Assembly (NCBI RefSeq): GCF_009914755.1
Contig: NC_060930.1
Reading direction: 5' to 3' (one strand)
Length of the DNA stretch: 64,000 bases
Source: the human T2T-CHM13v2.0 reference genome, Homo sapiens
Shown: piece by piece, positions 53,952 through 64,000 of the stretch
Layout: the number at the start of each line of letters is the position of its first letter
Numbering within the stretch: position 1 is the stretch's first letter
Notes under the pieces: model-generated
Seen by the model: the letters and a program-made list of their open reading frames with translations, nothing else
Databases searched by the model: none
What the model was told of the DNA's origin: nothing
Made by a program: the position numbers and the translations under genes

Positions 53952-55019
53952 TTTTGTTTTATTTTGTAAATTTCTATATTTAATAATTTTATAATTTTAA
54001 GTTACATAATAAAATATAATTCCAACTGTACAGCAATATAAACAATGCAAAATTACAAAATTGATAACAAATAACTTCTGTCCATTGCAGGATCTTGAGA
54101 GGAATATATCATGATCCGACTTTCATTTTAAAAGGATCACTCTGGTCTTCATGTTGAGAATGGAAGGTTGGGACAAGGGTAGAAACCACTTAGGAAACTA
54201 TTAGAGTAATCCTAGGGAAAAGATAATGATGACTTAAAGATGGTGATAAAGGATATAGAGAGAAAGGTTCCAATTCTGAATGTATTTCAGATGTTGAGCC
54301 AACAAGATTTCTTGATGGATTGAATATAGATATAAAGCAGAGGCAAGAATGAATGATTTTGGACCTGATCAATGACAATTATGAAGTTGTAAATAACTAA
54401 TGGAAAACCTTGTTACAGAAGTTGGGAGTAATGCAGGGGTTTGGTCTGAGATATTTGGGGGTAAAATTTGTACTACACATTGAAGTGAAAGTGTAGAGTA
54501 TATAGATATATGCCTCTGGGGTTTGGGAGAGAGGTATAGGGTGGAGATATACATTTAAGAGTTGATGGCTATATATCATTTAAAACTTTATGAATGGATA
54601 AAATCACTAAGGGAATAAATTTAAAAAGAAAAGAGTACCAATCACTGAGCCTTGAGTTTCTGAAGTTAAGGAGACTGAGAAGATGAACCTGAGAGGAAAA
54701 GGAAAGGAAGAAAATCAGAAGAGTGTGGTGAAGGAAGTATGTCAAGAATTATGTCAAATTCTGCTGATGGAATAGTAACTAAGGATAGTCCACTGGGTTC
54801 AGTAACATGGTAACATGAATAAGCTTTAAAAAGTGTAACTTCAAAGGAGTGGAGGGGCAAACATCTAAAAGAGGTAGGTTAAAAGAGAATTAAGGAACAC
54901 AATTAAAGACAAGGACTATAGATGACTCTTTCAAGGAATTCAATAATAAAAGTGAGCAAAGAAATAGTATGGTAGCTGGTAGGGAAAGTAGGGTCAATAG
55001 GTTTTCTTATTGTTTGTTT

Positions 55020-55290
55020 TACTTTTTATTATCAAGAATTTTATATATACACGTAAGTACAGAGAATAGTATAGTACTCATCACCAAGCTTTGATCATTA
55101 TCAATATTTTGCTAATCTAATTTCATCTATATCCCACCTCACTCTTAAAGCGTATCTTATGTTTCATATTATTTCACCTAAAAATACTTTAGAATGTAAT
55201 TTCAACTGATGAGAGCATTTTGGCATAACCACAATACCACTGTCACAGCAAACAAAATTTATGACAAGTCCTTAATATTGTCTAGGACCT
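55020..55290 (-). mobile_element. L1MC4/5-type 3' end fragment
   Basis: AAGTACAGAGAATAGTATA...CATAACCACAATACCA. Confidence 0.6.
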
Positions 55291-55949
55291 AATAAGTTTT
55301 GTTTTGCTTTGTTTTTTGAGATAGGGGAAACAATAGAATGTATTTATGATAATTACAATAATCTAGTAGGAAAAAAATTGACTGATATAAAAGAGACAAA
55401 AAATATGGTTGGAATTGTATCCTTGAGTAGGCAAGACAGGCATGTGATCTAGTGCACAAGCAGAGGAATAGCTTTAGATAAGAGTATGGATAGTTTATGA
55501 TAATAGATGAGAAAGCATAGTATTTGGTGTGGTTACAGGTGCTGGCTGGGCACTTTGGCAAATAGGGTAGTGGGATAATGTGTAATATCTCTTACATCTG
55601 CTTTTATTTTTAGTGAATAAGATGCAAGGTCACTAGGTAAAATAGAGGATGGGCTTGGAGATGCTGGGAATTTGCAGAGAGAAAATAAGATGTCAAATAA
55701 TAATCCAAGATATTTAGACAGTAAATAGCTAGGGACATCCACTATGCTTTTATGAGCTTACTTGAAAGTTGTGGTCATATATTTAAGGTGAGAGTAATCA
55801 ATGTGGTTGAGAATTTTTCTCTAGCTAGAATCAGTTCCAGAATGGTGGAGCTACCCACAGAATATTATACATTTATGTGGGTCTGGCTAGCCCCAATGAC
55901 CAGGGGAAATGTATTTTGAATGATGCAATAACCAACATGAGCCTAAAAT

Positions 55950-57380
55950 AATAAAGATGAATCAGAAAAAGAAATGTGGTGAATGGCAGGGTGAGAACAC
56001 AAGAAGAGGCACTGAAAACACACAAGGCAAAGAAGTGAGGGAAAAATGTTTGAGTTTAAGAAAATACATCAGTTTGATTTTGCTGAAATTTAAAATGTAA
56101 AGAATGGAGTAGTAACACATCAAGCTAGAAAAGGATGTAGACCACACAGAGCTTTATAACAGACCTGGGTTTTATCCAGCAGACAATGAAAGGTTAACAA
56201 ATGGTTTTAAAAAGGGAAGTGTAAAGATTCCATTGTACAGTTTGAATAAAAATAAATAAAATAAGACGTGAGGATTTGGGAAAGACACACGCAAAGTCAG
56301 GAACCACCATGAAGTGAGGTGTTTGGAGCAGGAATCCCCCAGTCAAGAAACAACAAGTTTCTGAACCAGAGCAGGGGAAAGGAAAAAGGCAGGAAATGAA
56401 AGAAGGAAATCAATTAAACAAATATTTAGATGTGGAATTAGCAGGATTAAATAATTATTTCAGGGATCTCCAAAATGGAGTAGAATGACTATATAGTAGT
56501 TATAGGAAATAAATATTAGAACTTCTTTTATCTTAATAGAGTTTTCTTATATTTAATACATTGATTGATAATGCATGTAAATAATAACTAAATGAACTCA
56601 TTTTGAAGTGCCTGATTAACATTTTTTACTATTAGGGTGCAAGTTCACAATAGTTTGGAGACCACTGTTTAGATGTGGATAGAGTGTAGGAAGAAAAAGG
56701 AATAGAGAAGACTGGTTTCTATTCAAGTGACAGGTATATATTTTTGCCACCAAATAAGACAGAAAATAACAGATTAGAAGACAGTTTTAGGGAAGAGTGA
56801 CAATAGATTTAATTTTGGATGTATGTTTAGGTATCTGAGGACATCTTGGTAGAGCTTTCCAGCTGACAATTGAATAAATTGGTTTGAAACTCATTAGTTA
56901 AACGTACAGATTTGGAAACTAATAAGGTACAATGCTGGTTAAAACTCTGGAAGTGGGTAAGTGGAAGACCACTAAGTGGCAGGTCCAGGTGGAGGTGAAA
57001 GGGATAACGATATTTGCTGGCAGGAATGGTAGTGTCAGTGTTGATAGGGTTGAGGTGTATGGAAAAGATAGTCATGAGAAATTCAAAAAGAAATAAAGAT
57101 GAGCAGAACTAGAAAAGCTGAATACAGAAAACAACAGTGCAGAATATTTTAAGAAGTAGCAGGTATCAATAGCATCAATGCAGGAAAGGCACAATGAAAA
57201 TAAAGAAGGGAAGAATAAATTTTGCCAGCTGGAACATTTGTATCCTTCATGTAAGCAATATTTTAGAAAAAGTAATTGGTAGCAGAAAGGTAAGTGCATG
57301 GCGGAGTAAATAGAAATAAAGAAGGAGAGGCAGTGAATATAAACTACCTTTTGAGAATTCTGGATAAGTAGGAGGAAAAG
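55950..57380 (-). mobile_element. Degenerate L2 (L2b/c-like)
   Basis: Purine-rich antisense L2 motifs (GGTTTTAAAAAGGGAAGTG; TTTAATTTTGGATGTATG). Confidence 0.55.
56461..56667. mobile_element. hAT-Charlie MITE (MER112/113-like)
   Basis: TIRs CAGGGATCTCCAAA ... TTTGGAGACCACTG. Confidence 0.65.
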
Positions 57381-57529
57381 ATATTTATTTTGCTCATATC
57401 CACTTCAATTCTTCTTTGTCTCCATGTCTGTAAGTCTTCATCGTCTTTAACAGTACTATTATAATAATTACTGCCCTCTAGGGATGAAAGAGACAAAGAA
57501 AAAAAAAGAAGAGACAATATTAGCAGTTA

Positions 57530-57750
57530 CAATAACAACAATTGCAATGATACTATTTAATATTTAAATACCACAGCAACCCACTTAGGTAGGCCCTTAA
57601 TTTTTATTCAATTTTTGTAGGTGAACTAAGACTGAAAGTGACAAGTGATTAGATCGAAGTATACAGCTTGTAATGTAGAAATGATTGCTATGCACCTTGA
57701 GATCAAACTTTGTACAATCCAGAGTGAGTCTGGTTCACTCCGCCTTACAG
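57530..57750 (-). mobile_element. Degenerate MIR
   Basis: CACAGCAACCCACTTAGGTAGG...TTTTGTAGGTGAACTAAGACTGA. Confidence 0.5.
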
Positions 57751-58159
57751 GAATAAGACTGGCCTGAAGGCCCAGGAATTTTCCTCTTCTAGAACCACCT
57801 CTGGCTATCCTTTTCTATATATACTGAATTTTTAGTCTTCATTCTGTGTTATGAAGTTGTTCCTTTCTGTCTGCTCTGTACTAGGACTTCAATCCCTCTT
57901 CTTTAGCTTTCACCAGAAAGAAATCCCATTCCATGTGTGTTTAAAGGCCACACTTCACAGAGAGTTTGGCTAGATGGAGAGCAGGAAGTAACATCACAGC
58001 AAAGAAAACAACTTCATACTTGTTATCTTTGTTTTTTTTTAAGTCTTTTAGACAATTCTGGTCATTCTGGTTCCGGGTTCTTTCCATGTTATTTGACTCC
58101 ATCTCTCTCTTTCCCTTCTCATTGCTACTTTCAAGATTCAAAATGCTGGCTTATCATCC

Positions 58160-58196
<37 letters not shown>
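58160..58196. repeat. (TA)n(GA)n compound microsatellite
   Basis: Read directly. Confidence 0.95.
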
Positions 58197-58586
58197 TAAT
58201 GTCACTCTAGTATTTTTGTTAAATCTTCTTCAATTCCTGGTGTTTTTCTTTCCAACTCCAAGTGACCTAAAATTTGCATATCTTTATTTTCCTAAGTAAG
58301 GACTGTTCCTTCCCTAAAAGGAATTTTATTTTCAGTGAATAAAAATATGCTTTCTCATTCAGTCACACATGTAAAAGCTTTGGTCATGCATCTTTTGATC
58401 TATAATCACAATTGATTAAATCAGCTGTTTTTGCTGACCATAGTTGGAAAACTGCCAAAATTCATGGTTAACAATTTAATTATTTCTCTAATTGAATATA
58501 TGTTTAATGACATTTGCAATTTATGGTTTACTACAAATATGAACTTTGCAAGAACCCACAGATCTAGAATTTGAATATACACTTAA

Positions 58587-59610
<1,024 letters not shown>

Positions 59611-60584
59611 TATATATATAAGCCCCCTACAGGAAAACAATAATTAAAACAATACTAAAAGAAAAAGGTACTCCTTAAGCAAATAATGCTATTCTTTGCA
59701 CATAAAGAATAGGCATAAGAAAGATGACAATTTACTTTCAAGACTGAATTCAGTTGAAAGCCACATGGATGCTCAGCTGATTTATTTACTACTGAACCCC
59801 CAGTGCCCAGAAGAGTGCCTGGCTCATATTAGCCACTACATAAATATTTGTTGGATGGACAAGGTTCAGTTCTAAGTTAAAAACTAAATGCTTGAATGTG
59901 AGCTTATTTTGACCCAATTCACATACTTCTTCAATAATTTTAAGTTAGGTTCAGATAGCTAGGGAAATTAAGAAAACTATTTAACAGTTTTAATAAATGA
60001 GTCTAAAGTAACATCTACCAAGTCACTATATTTAATTTGGATAGTGTAACCATTGGAACATGTCAAAGGAGATAAAAGGAATTAAATATGAGATTGAACT
60101 CCAAAGAGAAAAAACTCTGTTAACATTTACTACATTATGCTATATATTTATATTTCACCAATTATATTAATATAATCCTTGCAAGGTAAGTGGCTGTGAT
60201 AAGCAAAATAAGGCAACCTCCCTACAACCACCAAAAGATATCCATATCCTGATCTCCTGAACTTGTGAATATATTGCCCTACATCGTAAAAAAGTATTTT
60301 GAAGCTGTAATTAAGAATCTCAAGATGAGGGGGTGGGTCTAATTTAATCACATGAATACTTAAAAGTGGATAAACTTTCCTGGCTGTAGTTTGTCAGGGA
60401 AAGATGCAGTGTTGCTGAATTTGGAGAGGAAGGAATGCATCCAGCATCTAAGAATGCGTGTAATCTTTATAAGCTGAAAAAGGCAAGGAAACAGATTTTC
60501 CCTAGTGCTTCCAGAAAGAAATGCAGCCCTGTTGACACATTGATTTTCACACAAGACCCATATCAAATTTATCAAATTTGATAA

Positions 60585-61224
60585 TAAATTATCCTATAGT
60601 TCTGGATGTGAGAACTCTGAAATAGATTTCACTGGGCTAAAATCAAGATGTCAGTACTGGTCAGCAATTTCATCACTCCAATCTCTGCTTCCTTCATCAC
60701 ATCTCTTTCTTTCTGGACTTGTTGGCCTCCCTCTGATAAAGTCTCACATAGGCCAGTCACAGTGGCTCATTCCAGTAATCTCAGCATTTTGGGAGGCCAA
60801 GGTGGAAGGATTGCTTGAGCCCAGGAGCTTGAGACCAGCCTGGGCAACATAGTGAGAGTCCATATCTGCAAAAAAAAAAATTTAATTAGTTAGGCATAGT
60901 GGCATGCAGCTGTAGTCCCAGCTATCCAGGAGGCTGAGGTGGGAGGATCACTTGAGCCCAGGAGTCTGAGACTACAGAGAGCCATGTTTTCACCACTGCA
61001 CTCTAGCTTGACAGTGACAGGGAAAGACCGTGTCTCTGGGTTGGGGGGCAGGGAATCATGATTGCATTGGGTCTACCCAAATAATCCAGAATAATCTTTC
61101 CATTTCAAAATCCTTAACTTTATCACATTTTTAAAATCTCTTTTACCATGTAAAGTAACATATTCACAGGTACTGGCAATAAGTTTGTGGACATATTTGG
61201 AGAGCCATTATTCTGTGCACCACA
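60585..61224 (-). mobile_element. Second MLT1D-like LTR, inverted, inside the first
   Basis: TTTCACTGGGCTAAAATCAAGATGTCAG...AAAGTAACATATTCACAGG...GCCATTATTCTGTGCACCACA. Confidence 0.8.
60751..61036 (+). mobile_element. AluJ nested in the inner MLT1D
   Basis: Dimeric Alu with GGAGGATCACTTGAGCCCAGGAG right arm; no A tail. Confidence 0.9.
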
Positions 61225-61846
61225 CCTACAGAACTGTAAAATAATAAATTTGCATTGTAAATTCACTAAATTTGTAGTAATTTATTATAGTAGCAATTAT
61301 AAACTACTACAGTTGCATTATCCTTCATATGCTTTCAAAGAAACAAAGTTTCATAGAAATTAAACATTTTACCCTAGTCACACAACTAAAGAAGGCTGAA
61401 TTTTCTGAGAATCATCTTTGTCCTAAATACCATACTAACTTGGATATTAGTAGCAGTACGAAAATTAGAATATACTACTAAACATTTCATTCATGCATTG
61501 ATTCAACAAACAATTATAGAGTGTCCACTATACACCTGGACCTGTTCTGGATAATGAGTTGTCTTGGTTATTAAGCATCTCTCTTCCTAACTTTCCTGTT
61601 AATAATCCCTAATCGATAAAGTCCAATTTCTGTATAAAATAAATTTATTTTAATATTATTTTCTTTACATACTACAATATACTCTGATATTTTATGAAAC
61701 CTTTCAGAAGAAGTTTTACTGAAAATTATATTTAGAAGTTGGAAAGTAAATTGGCAAGTTTAAGATAAAGAAGGCCACTCCCGAGCTACTCAGGTAGCTT
61801 CCTAAGGGCATGTGTACTCACCTTCTCCAATCCACTACTGTCTTAG

Positions 61847-62541
<695 letters not shown>

Positions 62542-62964
62542 CTTAGTTTGAGTACTCAGAGAACAGACTCTGTGACAGAAATTTACGTGTAGTAGTTTTC
62601 TTAAAGGTTGCTCCTAGGAACAAGATTTGTAAGGAAGTGAAGGAAGCAGAATTAGGCAGAAATGGAAACTGAACTGTTACAGACAACAGGGGACTGAGAA
62701 AATCACACAGGAAGTCCAAGAGCTGAGGTTACCCCTCATATGTGCCTGGAATTGAGGCAAAAGGGCTGAGTCCCTGAAACCCCATATTGACTAGTCATTG
62801 GATAGCAGGGTTGTTCCCAAAGAAAGGGCATGACCTTTTTAAGGCAGGTCCCTTTGGATAAAAACAATCGGTAGAGAGGTATTCAACTCTAAGCTAAGAG
62901 CAGCCAATACTCCTGGCAGCCAAAGTGACCATACAGCAGCCATACCTTCAATTTTAATATGATT

Positions 62965-64000
62965 CATACTGTGTCTCCTGGTAGACCCATCCCCACTCTG
63001 TGGAACAAGAATTCTAGTTGCTCAGAACCTAGAATTTGAGGACAGGAAGCACAAATTATCCCAGTAGACCACCAGGAATGATAAGCGAGGCCACTCCTGC
63101 CTCATACTCTGTCAGTTCACAAGTACTGATGTTGGCTGAGGCTTAGTTTCAGGAAATGCAAAAAACCCCAGACTATTATGTCAATTCCATCCTGGACCTG
63201 CTCTGAGCCCTAGTGAAAACTAAAATCTTTCAGTCACTTGTAAATGGGTCTGAGCACTATTACTAAGTAATGAGAATTATAAGATGAAACAATTTGTACT
63301 ATACATTTGAGGGGATGCCCCACCAGTTTGCAGACCATTCTGTAGGTGATGAAATAGACCAATTACGTTTTGTAGAGTTTAAATCACACCACTAGGCATG
63401 TCGTGTTCTAGTAAACATTTCCATAGCTTTCTGTAAGTCAGCACACACATACACAGAAACACACACACATACTCATGCACAAACATACACATACACATGC
63501 CTCTCTGACACTGCCACTCATTTATCTTGCTTCAAATGGTTTAAATACTGTAAGCTGGCTTTGATTATTCCAAAATCCTAACATTTCCATTGCAATTAGG
63601 GACTCCAGTTCTGTAACACCAATTCTATCATCAGCCATAACCCACAGAGGACGGCCACCACTGAGCTTCTCAGTGAAGCTGGTTCCTTTCACGAGAACAT
63701 TACTTACTGCTGTGGAAAATGGAGTATCCTCTGTGCTTACCTAATACATCCCTCCAGCATGTTCTCCGAGTCTCTTGGTTTCTTCTTCCATTGTCTGCTA
63801 TAGCAACTCTAGCATTTCTGCTTCTTTAAATGTGTGCCATTGCTTTCTCCAAACTTCTAAGAACCAACTTATTTGCATTTTAATAGCATTTCTTGGGGTC
63901 TTTGATGCAGTGTTAAATCCTATATCAGAAGAAAGCATTTCCATATCAATAAACTATCTTATCCAACTAAGTTCTGTTCTCCCTCAATTCAGTTATTCCC
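62965..64000 (-). mobile_element. ERV-L-class internal sequence (HERV16-like): gag remnant plus deleted pol pieces; runs off the window
   Basis: Minus strand 63953-63798 translates FIDMEMLSSDIGFNTASKTPRNAIKMQISWFLEVWRKQWHTFKEAEMLELL*, similar to ERV-L Gag; 62965-63110 resembles ERV-L post-integrase sequence; (CA)n at about 63440-63500. Confidence 0.75.

Larger units (their letters stand above)
52590..55900 (-). mobile_element. Long L2 (L2a-like) interrupted by THE1, L1PA and L1MC pieces
   Basis: CATTTCAACAAATATTTC tail; TTTTAAAAGGATCACTCTGG; GTCAAATTCTGCTGATGG; ATAGATGACTCTTTCAAGGA. Confidence 0.75.
60195..61311 (+). mobile_element. MLT1D-like MaLR LTR split in two (60195-~60570 and 61225-61311)
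   Basis: AAAAGGCAAGGAAACAGATTTTCCCTAG...; 3' piece CCTACAGAACTGTAAAATAATAAATTTG...ACTACA; near-TSD GTGGC/GTTGC. Confidence 0.8.

Overview
AT-rich (roughly 35-37% GC by eye), CpG-poor primate genomic DNA, most likely human or ape given the Alu and L1PA3-5 elements. It is intergenic or deep-intronic, and about half is recognisable interspersed repeat: Alu (J/S subfamilies and a FAM), L1PA/L1MA/L1M, L2, L3/CR1, MIR, ERV1/ERVL/MaLR LTRs, Tigger/Charlie MITEs, and the end of an internally deleted ERV-L-class provirus at the right edge. I find no protein-coding gene, RNA gene or CRISPR array. The listed ORFs are repeat-derived or chance. I see no evidence for a complete new biological system. The best leads are: (i) a 35-bp inverted copy inside an L1MA that preserves the ancestral state of a site now interrupted by a 16-bp Alu sliver; (ii) a well-defined 32-nt candidate micro-exon; (iii) several template-switch-like hairpin or duplication scars; (iv) an inverted MLT1D-in-MLT1D nest and an inverted Alu/LTR8 composite; (v) hints of a minus-strand, LTR-initiated spliced transcript. 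Subfamily names come from recalled consensus sequences, not from a database search, and boundaries of old repeats are approximate.
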